A stretch of 64,000 nucleotides of DNA from Polyangiales bacterium (lineage in GTDB: Bacteria; Myxococcota_A; Polyangia; Polyangiales; Houyiibacteriaceae). The stretch is from positions 10,585-74,584 of the forward strand of contig JBGCFM010000041.1 in assembly GCA_045106895.1 (NCBI GenBank), in the 5' to 3' direction. Within the stretch, counting starts at the first letter, position 1. Each line of letters opens with the position of its first letter. Below are positions 44,178 to 53,525 of this stretch, piece after piece. The notes below the pieces were generated by a model. That model was not told the DNA's origin and ran no database searches. It was given only the letters and a program-made list of their open reading frames with translations. A program made the position numbers and the translations under genes.

Positions 44178-46436
44178 GTGCTGCTTTTCCTCGCCCTCTC
44201 CTTTTTCGCGGGTCTCGCCCTCCGGCAAGGCTTCGATGTCGGAGCACCTGCGGCGGCACTTGGCGTCGTCCTCTGCCTTCTGTGTCTCTACTTGGCCCAC
44301 CTCGTCAGAGCCCGATCGTGGGTCTTATTGGCGGGGCTCGCTGGGCTCTTGGCGGGCGCTTCTTTGCCCGTCGCCAGTGGTCACGCAGCAGCACCAGGCC
44401 TTTTGCGAAGCGAGTGCCGCGTGCTTCGGCACGCGGGCAGCGGCGCGCTCGTCGAGGTGCAGCGAGCGGAATACGTCGGAGACCCACGCCCTGCCCCCAG
44501 CGCTCGCACTCGACTGTGGGTGCGCAGCCTGGACGCTCCCGTAGGGACAACGCTGCGTCTCCTTCTTCAGGTGCGCGCTCCTTCCCGCTTCCGAAGTCCC
44601 TCGCCGCACGATCCTTGGCCTGCCTTGCGTGTCGACGGGTTTGCACGCCTACGCGCGCCGGCGGAGGTGCTCCATGCGCCGTCCGGGAGCGCGCTTCTCC
44701 ATCGGGCCCGAGGCGCTCTTGGTGCACGCCTCGACGCGACGCTGGCCCCGAGCGCCGCGTCCCTCGCTCGCGCGCTCCTGCTCGGCCAAGGAAGCGCTCT
44801 CGCCACAGAGCAACGAGATGCGTTTCGAGGCGCTGGGCTGAGCCACCTCTTAGCCGTGAGTGGGCTCCACGTTGGCCTCGTCGTCGGCGCGCTCTTCGCC
44901 CTGCTCCGCTGGCTCTTCCGCCGCCGTCGCGATCCCGAACGCGCCGCGGCACTCCACGTCATTCCCATGACACTCGGTTTTGCGCTCATGGCGGGTGGCG
45001 CGCCGAGCGTTTGGCGAGCCGCGCTGATGGCCACGGCCGTGCTCGTGTGCCGCGCGCTACGGCGCCGCCCTCGAGCCATCCCCACACTGGCGTTCGCGGC
45101 GCTCGTCTTCGCCATTCTCAACCCCGAGTCCGTGTTGCGCCCGGCGTTCCTCCTCTCTCTCGTGGCGACGCTGAGCATCGTGACCGCGGATCTACGTGGC
45201 GGCGCACTGCGAAGCGCTGTTCGCGTCAGCGTGCGCAGCACCCTCGCGACCTTGCCCCTGGTGCTCTGGTGCTTCGAGGGCGTGCCGCTTCTCGGTGTGC
45301 TGGCAAATCTCGTCGTCGTCCCCATCGCTGTGTTTGCCCTCGTGCCCCTCGCTTTTGTGCATGCCCTCGCGGCGTCCCTGGGAGTCGCCCACCTCAGCGC
45401 GCCACCCTTCGAGCTTGCTTGCTCCGCGTGCACGGCGCTGAGCGCGCTCTTCGAATCCACGTGGGTGGTGCCCCCACCCTCGAACCTCCAGGGCGTCATC
45501 CTGGCGCTGCTTTCCGTCGGCCTTCTCTGGGCAAAGTCTTGGCGGCGCACCGCGCTGATTGTTTTGGTCGGGACCTTCGCGCTCGTCGGCGCCGAGGCCT
45601 GGCTGCGTTACAGCGAGGCTAAGCCCGGCCGACTACGAGTCACATTCGTGGATGTGGGTCAGGGAGACGGCGCCCTCGTTGACCTACCCAATGGTCAGCT
45701 GCTGCTCGTCGATGCCGCGGGAGGAACCCCCGACGCCGGACGTGAGGCGATGCTGCCCCTCCTCCGCGCGAGACGACGCAGCCGCGTGGACCTCGCCATC
45801 ATCACGCACCCGCACCCAGACCACTACGGCGGACTCGCCGCCATCGCCGACGCGATGCCCATCGACGAGGCGTGGGCGAGCGGCCAGGGTTGGGACGAAG
45901 CCCCACATGGTCCGGCCGCAGCGCTTCTCCGGCGACTGCGACGGGAGGGCACCCACGTCCGCTTTCCGCCGGACTTCTGCGGGGAAGAACGAAGACTTGG
46001 CGAAGTACTTATCGAAGTGCGTTGGCCTTGCCCGCGCTTCGACGCAGGGTTCGATGCAAACGACAATTCCATCGTCGTGAGGCTGCGCTACGGCGAGCGG
46101 AGTATTCTCTTCACCGGGGACATCGAACGCGAAGCGGAGGCGCGGCTTGCAGACCAAGACCTTCGCGCGGAGATCCTCAAAGTCCCTCATCACGGCTCTC
46201 GCACATCATCCACGAGCGACTTTCTCGACGCCGTCGCGCCCGAGTTTGCCGTGGCGAGTTGCGGCCGATTCAACTCGTTTGGGCACCCGCACGCCGAGGT
46301 GGTTTCACGCTACCGTCGGAGGACTGTTCCGCTGTGGCGCACCGCCGAAGACGGCGGCGTCATCGTTCAGACCGAGGGCGAGAGCTGGGAGGCGTTTAGC
46401 GCCGCACGCCAAGTCTCTTGGCTGCCCACTCGCTAG
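44178..46436 (+). CDS. comEC: ComEC/Rec2 DNA internalisation protein with C-terminal metallo-beta-lactamase domain
   Basis: FRGAGLSHLLAVSGLHVG is the competence domain. FVDVGQGDGALV and ITHPHPDHYGG (HxHxDH) are present, with many TM segments. Confidence 0.87.
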   Translation: MLLFLALSFFAGLALRQGFDVGAPAAALGVVLCLLCLYLAHLVRARSWVLLAGLAGLLAGASLPVASGHAAAPGLLRSECRVLRHAGSGALVEVQRAEYVGDPRPAPSARTRLWVRSLDAPVGTTLRLLLQVRAPSRFRSPSPHDPWPALRVDGFARLRAPAEVLHAPSGSALLHRARGALGARLDATLAPSAASLARALLLGQGSALATEQRDAFRGAGLSHLLAVSGLHVGLVVGALFALLRWLFRRRRDPERAAALHVIPMTLGFALMAGGAPSVWRAALMATAVLVCRALRRRPRAIPTLAFAALVFAILNPESVLRPAFLLSLVATLSIVTADLRGGALRSAVRVSVRSTLATLPLVLWCFEGVPLLGVLANLVVVPIAVFALVPLAFVHALAASLGVAHLSAPPFELACSACTALSALFESTWVVPPPSNLQGVILALLSVGLLWAKSWRRTALIVLVGTFALVGAEAWLRYSEAKPGRLRVTFVDVGQGDGALVDLPNGQLLLVDAAGGTPDAGREAMLPLLRARRRSRVDLAIITHPHPDHYGGLAAIADAMPIDEAWASGQGWDEAPHGPAAALLRRLRREGTHVRFPPDFCGEERRLGEVLIEVRWPCPRFDAGFDANDNSIVVRLRYGERSILFTGDIEREAEARLADQDLRAEILKVPHHGSRTSSTSDFLDAVAPEFAVASCGRFNSFGHPHAEVVSRYRRRTVPLWRTAEDGGVIVQTEGESWEAFSAARQVSWLPTR

Positions 46437-46900
46437 AACGAGTCGCAACCGGCGAAGTGGAGTTCGCCGGAGACTCCCGCCGTGCCGTCCGGGCCAAACA
46501 GACCTGAACAGTCGACCTCCGCTGCGAAAACACCATCGCATTCATCGCTGTAAAGCACGTCTATTTCGCACTCCCCATTCATGTACACAGCGCCATCCAC
46601 GGATACCTGGACGCCCGTCGCCTCCGGGGTGACAAACAGGAAAAAGTCCGTGAGACCTTCCTGTCCACTTCCCGGGCGAGTGATTCCAGCATTGAGGCTT
46701 TCCCCATCAAAGTTGCAATACCCCGCAAACACATCGCCGCCGCCGGAGGTAGCTAGATTGGTGGTCTCGGGAAACGAGAAGACGTGGTCGGCGCCGTTCG
46801 CATTCGCCGTTACGTCGCCTCGGACAGACAGCTCGTCACCACCACAGGCCACCTGAAGAAGAATGGCGAACAAGAACGAGAGGCGGATCGGGGTTTTCAT
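46433..46900 (-). CDS. Small secreted protein (possible lipoprotein)
   Basis: MKTPIRLSFLFAILLQVACGGDE signal sequence. Its stop codon overlaps the comEC stop on the opposite strand (CTAG). Confidence 0.6.
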   Translation of the reverse strand: MKTPIRLSFLFAILLQVACGGDELSVRGDVTANANGADHVFSFPETTNLATSGGGDVFAGYCNFDGESLNAGITRPGSGQEGLTDFFLFVTPEATGVQVSVDGAVYMNGECEIDVLYSDECDGVFAAEVDCSGLFGPDGTAGVSGELHFAGCDSF

Positions 46901-47005
46901 GACGAACAGCTTATCCAAGAGTCATGCCAAACGAAAGTACCGATAAACAGGGCAATGACTCACGAAAGTGACGCCGTTCGTTCACACTTTGTCCGACCTT
47001 TGGTC

Positions 47006-47422
47006 TCAGCCGCCCATCCAGACGGAGCCGAGAAACGCCATGACGATGTTCACAAGAGCGCAAGCGAGGACGCCGAAGGAGAGGTTGCGGAGGGTGCCGC
47101 TGGACACCTCGGCGCCGGCAGCGGCTTTGCGCAGCTTTCCGCTTAGAACACCCGTGAGTGCCGCCGCGATGAGCGCCAGAGTGATCTTGATGTGCACCCA
47201 GCCTGCGGACTTGTAGGTGTCGAGGCTCGCGAAGAACATCGCGAAGCCGCCGACAAATGCCAGGACCATTCCCGGCGTCGCGACGCGAAGAGAAGCGTGG
47301 CGGGCAGCCGCCAGAACGCGGCGCTCACCCGAAGCGAAAGCGCCGACGAGGCCGACGGAGAGGACGCCGCCGATCCAAAGGGTCACACCGATGATGTGGA
47401 GAACTCGAAGCCAGGGGAGCAT
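47006..47422 (-). CDS. Four-TM integral membrane protein (HemJ/CopD-like topology, function unassigned)
   Basis: WLRVLHIIGVTLWIGG followed by three more hydrophobic helices. The similarity to HemJ is only at the level of pattern. Confidence 0.6.
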   Translation of the reverse strand: MLPWLRVLHIIGVTLWIGGVLSVGLVGAFASGERRVLAAARHASLRVATPGMVLAFVGGFAMFFASLDTYKSAGWVHIKITLALIAAALTGVLSGKLRKAAAGAEVSSGTLRNLSFGVLACALVNIVMAFLGSVWMGG

Positions 47423-47602
47423 GGTGGTTTCTTTCTAGAGCGCATCTCGTGACTACGCATGGGTGTGTTTTGGTCAGAGTGTTTCGATTTTGCTGTCCGC
47501 GAAGCGACGAAACGTGGTGCATTTTTGAGCTGAGGGGACGAGTGAAGGCGGGGGCTCCGGCCGCAACGCGGCCGTGCGTAGTTATGAGATGCGCTCGGCG
47601 CC

Positions 47603-48733
47603 CTAGAGCGACTCTTCGTAGATTCGGTACGTCTTGTAGACTTTGCCCCGCATCGCCTTGATGCCGAGGTTGATGGCGCGGTTGTCTTCGAGGGTCCAGC
47701 TGAGCTCAGCCCACTCGTAGCCGTGCCGCATTCCGCGGTAGGCGAGTTCGGCGTACATGGCCGTTGAGAGAGCTCCGTAGCGCTTCATTCCGCGGAACTT
47801 CCGCTTGATGCCGAGCATCATGAGGCGGGCGCTCTTTGGCTTCTCGACCTTGAGGCGCCAGAGCATCTTGGCCCAGCCGAAGGGGAAGAGTCGTCCGTCG
47901 AGGTCATGGACCAAAGACGGTAGGTTTGGCAGGCAGATGACCATCGCCGCGACCTCCCCGTTGACCTCTGCGAAGAACGCGAGTCGCGGGTCGATGATGA
48001 GCTTCATGTCCTTGGCGACCTGCTCGACCTCGGCTTCCGTCGTTGGAACGAAGCCCCAGTTGTCCGCCCACGCGTCGTTGAAGATCTCGAGAACAAGGTC
48101 GAGTTCTTCGCGCATTCGCTTCGGTTCGACGCTGCGGAAGGTCACTTCCGGCAGCTCGTTGATCATGTCCCAAGCGCGCTTTACGCGTTTTGGCGGCTCG
48201 GCGGCAATGTACTTCCAAGCGAGGAGGTCTTTGGCCTTTTCAAGACCGGCGTTCTCGATGAGACGATGCTGATACTCGCGGTGGTGCGGCATCGAGAGCG
48301 CCGGCGGCGTGTCAAAGCCGTCGATGAGCACACCGGACTCTTCGTTGATGCACAGCGAGAGAGGCCCGCGCATCGTGGTCATGCCCTTGGCGCGAAGCCA
48401 CGCGCGACACGCGTCGAGGAGCGCGTCGGCGACCTCCTGATCGTTGACGGTGTCGAAGAAGCCGAAGAAGCCTGCGCCGTCGTCGTGCACCTTGAGGTGC
48501 TCTCGGTCGATGGTCGCCGAGGCTCGGCCCACGGCCCGGCCGCGTCGTTTTGCGATAAAGAGGCGGCCCTCGCCGTGTAGCCAAAACGGGTTCTTGCCCG
48601 GCGTCAGGCGATCCTTGAGCTCCATTCGGAGGGGTGCAATGTAGGCGGGGTCCGTCGCATAGATCGGCGACGCGACGTCCATGAACTCTTTGACGCGCTC
48701 GCCCGGCGCAAAGTCCTCGACGACGATGCTCAT
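47603..48733 (-). CDS. GNAT-like N-acyltransferase family protein (376 aa)
   Basis: [24 protein letters not shown] and the C-terminal acyl-CoA-binding-like region resemble the long GNAT family. ATGA overlaps the fumC stop. Confidence 0.62.
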   Translation of the reverse strand: MSIVVEDFAPGERVKEFMDVASPIYATDPAYIAPLRMELKDRLTPGKNPFWLHGEGRLFIAKRRGRAVGRASATIDREHLKVHDDGAGFFGFFDTVNDQEVADALLDACRAWLRAKGMTTMRGPLSLCINEESGVLIDGFDTPPALSMPHHREYQHRLIENAGLEKAKDLLAWKYIAAEPPKRVKRAWDMINELPEVTFRSVEPKRMREELDLVLEIFNDAWADNWGFVPTTEAEVEQVAKDMKLIIDPRLAFFAEVNGEVAAMVICLPNLPSLVHDLDGRLFPFGWAKMLWRLKVEKPKSARLMMLGIKRKFRGMKRYGALSTAMYAELAYRGMRHGYEWAELSWTLEDNRAINLGIKAMRGKVYKTYRIYEESL

Positions 48734-50136
48734 TTGCTGCCCGTTTTCAGAGGACCGACCATCTCGCCTGGTTTCACGGCGGCGTCGAACTCAGCGCCGG
48801 TCATATGACCCAGTTCTTCCACGGCTTGCCGAAGCGTGCTGCCCTTCTTGTAGGCATGTTTCGCGACCTTCGCGGCGTTGTCGTAGCCAATGTGCGGGTT
48901 GAGCGCCGTGACGAGCATGAGGGACTCATGAAGCTTCGCCTCGATGGTCTCCCGGTTTGGCTCGAGGCCTGCGGCGCAACGTTCGTCAAAGCTCGCGCAG
49001 CTATCGGCGAGGAGGCGTACGGACTGCAGAAGCGCGTTGGCCATCACAGGCTTGTAGACGTTGAGTTCGAAGTTGCCTTGGCTGCCGGCGAATCCCACCG
49101 TCGCGTCGTTTCCGAAGACCTGACAGCAGACCATGGTGAGGGCTTCGCATTGAGTTGGGTTGACCTTGCCGGGCATGATGGAGCTGCCGGGTTCGTTCTC
49201 GGGGATTCGAATCTCACCGATGCCGCAGCGGGGACCGCTCGCGAGCCAGCGAACATCGTTGGCGATCTTCATGCAGGCGGCGGCGAGCTGCTTGAGGGCG
49301 CCGGAGGCTCCCACGTAGGCGTCGTGGGCGGCGAGGTAGGCAAACTTGTTCTTGGCGGTGATGAACTCTTTGCCCGTCAGCTCGGCGATGGTGGCGGCGA
49401 CTTTGACGTCGTAGCCTTCGACGGTGTTCAGGCCGGTGCCGACCGCGGTGCCGCCGAGGGCGAGCTCGCGGAGCTGAGGGAGCGTCGCTTCGATGGCCGC
49501 GAGGGCGTGGTCGAGCTGAGCGACCCAGCCGCTGATCTCTTGGCCCAAAGTGATGGGCGTCGCGTCTTGAAGATGCGTTCGGCCAATCTTCACGATGTCG
49601 TGAAAAGACTTCGCCTTGCCGTCGAGAGTGTCGCGCAGTTTGCGCACCTTGGGCAGCAAGCTGTCCTCGACGGCGATGACGGCGGCGATGTGCATCGCCG
49701 TGGGGAACGTGTCGTTGCTGGACTGTGACTTGTTCACGTGATCGTTGGGGTGAACGGGCGTCTTGCTGCCGAGCTGTCCGCCCGCGAGCTCGATGGCGCG
49801 GTTGGCCAGGACCTCGTTGACGTTCATGTTGGACTGCGTGCCGCTGCCGGTCTGCCAGACCACGAGAGGAAAGTGGGAGTCGAGCTTGCCCGCGATGAGC
49901 TCATCGGCGGCCTTCACGATGAGGTCTCGGACGCTCTCTTCGAGGTTACCAAGGGAGTGATTGGTGATCGCCGCGGCTTTCTTGAGGTAGCCAAAGGCGT
50001 GGATGATCTCCGTGGGCATGCGGTCTTCACCGATGGGGAAGTTCATCCGCGAACGCATCGTCTGGGCGCCGTAATAACGGTCAGTGGGCACCTGCACATC
50101 GCCCATAGAATCGCTCTCAGTCCGAAATTCACTCAT
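48730..50136 (-). CDS. fumC: Class II fumarate hydratase
   Basis: [16 protein letters not shown] signature, [17 protein letters not shown]. Confidence 0.95.
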   Translation of the reverse strand: MSEFRTESDSMGDVQVPTDRYYGAQTMRSRMNFPIGEDRMPTEIIHAFGYLKKAAAITNHSLGNLEESVRDLIVKAADELIAGKLDSHFPLVVWQTGSGTQSNMNVNEVLANRAIELAGGQLGSKTPVHPNDHVNKSQSSNDTFPTAMHIAAVIAVEDSLLPKVRKLRDTLDGKAKSFHDIVKIGRTHLQDATPITLGQEISGWVAQLDHALAAIEATLPQLRELALGGTAVGTGLNTVEGYDVKVAATIAELTGKEFITAKNKFAYLAAHDAYVGASGALKQLAAACMKIANDVRWLASGPRCGIGEIRIPENEPGSSIMPGKVNPTQCEALTMVCCQVFGNDATVGFAGSQGNFELNVYKPVMANALLQSVRLLADSCASFDERCAAGLEPNRETIEAKLHESLMLVTALNPHIGYDNAAKVAKHAYKKGSTLRQAVEELGHMTGAEFDAAVKPGEMVGPLKTGSK

Positions 50137-50150
50137 CTCTTCGTCCTTTC

Positions 50151-53006
50151 ATGCCGGCGCCGTTGCCGATGCAGGGCGGAATACCGCGGGCGGGGTCTGG
50201 GGTCGAGGCTGTTTTCGGGGAAGCGGCGCGACTCGTTGACGAAGCGAAGCGTGACGAAACGGGGTTGCGAGACAACGGCCGCGGAGGTCATACCAAGGTC
50301 GTGTTCGCCCCCTCGCCCCGCCTCCTGGTGTTTTCCCTCTGCGCCCTGGCCGCGTTCGCCGCCGCGGCGCCTTCTACGGCGGCTGCCCAGCCTTCTGTCC
50401 GCGATCGACTGGAGGCCATGGAGAACGCGCGCCCGGCCACCGTGCCCGAGGGGGCCGTACTCTCCGTCCGGCACATGCTCGACACGGCGGACCGTATCGA
50501 AGCGAACCACGCCGAGCGAGCCCCCGAGTGGCGGCGGCGCGCGACTCGTTACCTCGAGCGCATGGAGGCAGGTCAAGACCCGTTCCCGCTGGCGAAAGGG
50601 GAAATCGTCAACCGCGGGTACCGTTCGCCCATCAGCAACGTGCTTCAGGGATACGCCATTTACCTGCCGCCGGACTACGACCCGACGCGCGCATACCCCG
50701 TGTATATCGCGCTCCACGGCGGCTCGTCGAACGGCAACCTCTTCTTGGGCGTGGTCCTGGGGAACAACATGGACTGGCTCACCTACGACGAGCACGTCTA
50801 CGACGAGTACACGCCGCGCTGGACCCCCGACTGGATCGTCGTCGCGCCGACTGGCTTTGGCCAGATCATGTGGCGCTGGATGGGCGAGCAAGACGTCCTT
50901 GATGTGCTCGATGATGTCGAGCGTCACTACAACGTCGACGAAAACCAAGTGGTCCTCGGCGGTCTTTCCAACGGCGGCGTCGGCGCCTACGCCATTGGCT
51001 CGCGTCATTCGTGGCGTTTCGCAACGGTCCAAGCCATGGCCGGCGCGCCGAGCTGGCTGCAATACACGGGCGGCGGGCTTCGGGAGGTCACCACGAACGA
51101 AGTGCGCCGTTACAGCGGGCTTCATCTCGCGGAGAACGTCGTCAACACGACGTTTCGCTACTACCACGGCACCGAGGATGGCGGTCCGATGCGTCCAGCC
51201 TACGTCCGCGCCTACACCCAGGCGCTTTCGCGGCTAGAAGGCGTAACAGCGCACGAGACCTGGTTCGACGCGGGGCACGACATTCTGTACCGAGTCCATC
51301 GGCACGGGCGCGTGTACTCAAGCCTCGCGGACACGCGTCGCGACCCACGCCCGCGCGAGGTTCGCGTGGTGAGCGGCGACTACCGCGCAGCGCGACAGCA
51401 CTGGGTGAGCATCGAACGACTGGAGACGTTCCCCGAGCTCGGCCGAGTGCGCGCCGTCGTCGGTGATGACGGAAACGTAACCATCGAGTCCAGCGGCGTG
51501 ACCTCGCTCTCGCTGCACATCGCCACGATGCCCGCGGGCGAAAACACGCGCATCACCGTCGACGGTGATGTGGTGTACGAGGGACCCCGCGAGGCCCTCG
51601 GGACCCGCTTCCATGTCACGAAAAACGGAAGCGACTGGCGCGCAGGCTTCGCCCCGACGGACGGCCTGCGCAAGGTCGCCGGGTTGAGCGGGCCGATCTC
51701 CGACGCGTACTACGGGCGAATGATCCACGTGTACGGGACACAGAACGAAGACGACACGGACAAGCTTCGCCGTGCGGCAGAACGGGGCGCCCGCGGCTGG
51801 CCGCTGTGGGCCTGGGACCTTCGCCAGACCGTTGTTGCGGATACGGAGCTCACCGACGAGATGATGCACGACGCGCACGTCGTTCTCTACGCAACGCCCG
51901 GCTCCAACTCCGTGCTGGCCCGGGTTGCCGGCGCCTTGCCTATCAAGCTCGAAGAAGACGCCATCATGGTCGGCACGGAACGCTTCGGTGGCCGCGACGT
52001 TGGCGTGCGCTTCGTCTACCCGAACCCTCTCGCGCCGCACCGCTACATGATCGTACAGGGCGCGATGACGGCGGACGACGTGAGCCGAGGCAACAAGCTG
52101 CCAGAGTTCTTGCCGGACTACGCTGTCTACGACGGACGCGAGCTTCGCAGTCAGCAAAGGCGCGTCGCCGGACGAAGTCGCCTCCGCACCGCGGGCAACT
52201 TTGACGACCGCTGGCGACTGCCTGGGGAACCCCAGCCTACGGCGGAAGGCTCAGGCCCAGATGACGAGGAGGAGACGGTGCCTGGACTTCCCGTTCCGCC
52301 GGCTCCGGCGGTGCCCGCGGCGCCAACGACGTTCCTGGCGCCGGACAGTGACCAAGCTGGTCACGCGGCGCGCCGCATTGCCGCGCTTGTGCCCGGCTTT
52401 GTGAACTACCGCGCGACCATCGGCGGCGCAGAGTGGCGAAACGTCGAGGAGGCGCGTTGGTCCGTGCGTCCCGCGGAGGAGTGCTACGAAGCTCTTCGCA
52501 GCGCGGACATCGCCGCACGGCCAAGCCGAGAGCTCACGAGCCTGGTCCCAGCTCCCGTCGAAATCACCGGGCCCATCAACGGCATCTGGTTTCGGCAAAC
52601 CCATGAGGAGCGCCCCTTCGTCATCGCCTGCGAGCTCGCCCTGAGGCTCCCTGCGCTGACACAGATACTCGCCGGCCACAACATCCGCGGCGTCGAGATT
52701 CTCTCCACGTTCCGCACGTACCCTTCGACGAGCTTCCACCGAATGGGCCTCGCCCTCGACCTCTCACGCTTCTGGACCGACGGCGGCTGGCTCGACGTCG
52801 CCGCGGACTACGAGGCTACGCCGATGCGCAGGACCTGCGCCGGTGACGCGCCAAGCGGGGGCGCCGGCGTGCTTCGCGACATCGCCTGCGAGTTCGCAGA
52901 GTCGAACCTCTTCTCGTCAGTACTGACGCCAAACTACAACGAAGGGCACCGAGATCACTTTCATCTGGACACGCGGCCGAACGACCCGCGACTCTTCTTG
53001 CGCTGA
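50151..53006 (+). CDS. Secreted fusion: alpha/beta-hydrolase (esterase/peptidase-like) + extensin-like/LAS-type metallopeptidase C-terminal domain
   Basis: VYIALHGGSSNG and GGLSNGG (nucleophile elbow) lie in the N-terminal half. The C-terminus has SFHRMGLALD (SxHxxGxAxD) and GHRDHFHLD (HxH). The likely true start is the GTG at 50301, which follows GGAGG and gives the signal peptide FAPSPRLLVFSLCALAAFAAAAPSTAAA. Confidence 0.75.
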   Translation: MPAPLPMQGGIPRAGSGVEAVFGEAARLVDEAKRDETGLRDNGRGGHTKVVFAPSPRLLVFSLCALAAFAAAAPSTAAAQPSVRDRLEAMENARPATVPEGAVLSVRHMLDTADRIEANHAERAPEWRRRATRYLERMEAGQDPFPLAKGEIVNRGYRSPISNVLQGYAIYLPPDYDPTRAYPVYIALHGGSSNGNLFLGVVLGNNMDWLTYDEHVYDEYTPRWTPDWIVVAPTGFGQIMWRWMGEQDVLDVLDDVERHYNVDENQVVLGGLSNGGVGAYAIGSRHSWRFATVQAMAGAPSWLQYTGGGLREVTTNEVRRYSGLHLAENVVNTTFRYYHGTEDGGPMRPAYVRAYTQALSRLEGVTAHETWFDAGHDILYRVHRHGRVYSSLADTRRDPRPREVRVVSGDYRAARQHWVSIERLETFPELGRVRAVVGDDGNVTIESSGVTSLSLHIATMPAGENTRITVDGDVVYEGPREALGTRFHVTKNGSDWRAGFAPTDGLRKVAGLSGPISDAYYGRMIHVYGTQNEDDTDKLRRAAERGARGWPLWAWDLRQTVVADTELTDEMMHDAHVVLYATPGSNSVLARVAGALPIKLEEDAIMVGTERFGGRDVGVRFVYPNPLAPHRYMIVQGAMTADDVSRGNKLPEFLPDYAVYDGRELRSQQRRVAGRSRLRTAGNFDDRWRLPGEPQPTAEGSGPDDEEETVPGLPVPPAPAVPAAPTTFLAPDSDQAGHAARRIAALVPGFVNYRATIGGAEWRNVEEARWSVRPAEECYEALRSADIAARPSRELTSLVPAPVEITGPINGIWFRQTHEERPFVIACELALRLPALTQILAGHNIRGVEILSTFRTYPSTSFHRMGLALDLSRFWTDGGWLDVAADYEATPMRRTCAGDAPSGGAGVLRDIACEFAESNLFSSVLTPNYNEGHRDHFHLDTRPNDPRLFLR

Positions 53007-53034
53007 GTTCCTCTCGCTGGACGTAGACCTGGAC

Positions 53035-53436
53035 TCACTCCTGCCTGACGTCGAAGTTGCAGGTATATTTGATGCGAGTGGCGACGGGGCCTTCGGGAGT
53101 TTGTCCTGGAGACCAGGCACGTCCTCTGAGGCACTGTTGGCAGACGGTGGCGTACCCTTCGCCGTCACCGGCCTCCGATTCGACCTGCAAGTCGAAGGGA
53201 AGACCGTCGGAGCCGAGACCCAATCGGATGGTTGCGACACCGCAGCCCCTCCAGACGCCATGGGACTCCTCTAAGCACCGGGCGAGCTGAGAGAACGGCG
53301 GCGGAACGGGGCGACGGGAAAGCTCGTTCACCGGAACCACCACAACACTCTCGCGAGGAGCGAGCACATTGGGTTGAGCGGCAGCGCAAGCCGTGCAGAG
53401 GATGAGACAGCGTCCGCATCCCAGGCGGTAGCACAG
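53035..53436 (-). CDS. Possible small secreted protein, start codon unresolved
   Basis: The C-terminal 110 aa look coding (ATIRLGLGSDGLPFDLQVESEAGDGEGYATVCQQC...IKYTCNFDV). A signal-like CLILCTACAAA-QPN is present. No in-frame ATG/GTG exists downstream of the L,D-transpeptidase gene; only CTG codons at 53436 and 53424. Confidence 0.35.
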   Translation of the reverse strand: MCYRLGCGRCLILCTACAAAQPNVLAPRESVVVVPVNELSRRPVPPPFSQLARCLEESHGVWRGCGVATIRLGLGSDGLPFDLQVESEAGDGEGYATVCQQCLRGRAWSPGQTPEGPVATRIKYTCNFDVRQE

Positions 53437-53516
53437 AGCACGGCGGCATGGGCGGCGCCGAGCACATCTATGGATGGCGAGGCGCCGAGTGACGCAGAGC
53501 ACGGCGGCATGGGCGG
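53434..53516. repeat. 22-bp perfect direct repeat CAGAGCACGGCGGCATGGGCGG (2 copies, 61-bp period)
   Basis: Copies at 53434-53455 and 53495-53516. GGCGCCGAG is also duplicated (53453-53461 and 53482-53490). Confidence 0.8.
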
Positions 53517-53525
53517 GAAAGCGTT

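Noticed and set aside
44282-45622. 446-aa alternative-frame ORF inside comEC, plus minus-strand ORFs at 44305-44952 and 44567-45550
   Set aside because: These are extremely Arg/Pro/Ala-rich, whereas the comEC frame carries recognisable TM segments and catalytic motifs.
47006-47422. Calling the 4-TM protein HemJ (protoporphyrinogen oxidase)
   Set aside because: Only the WxxxHIxxVxxWxG-like first helix and the size resemble HemJ. The LFYLPRLFVYH-type motif is absent, so the function is left unassigned.
49738-51237. 499-aa + strand ORF spanning the fumC 5' end and the hydrolase gene 5' end
   Set aside because: It is antisense to fumC and out of frame with the 951-aa gene. The sequence is Arg/Ser/Thr/Pro-rich, typical of an off-frame read.
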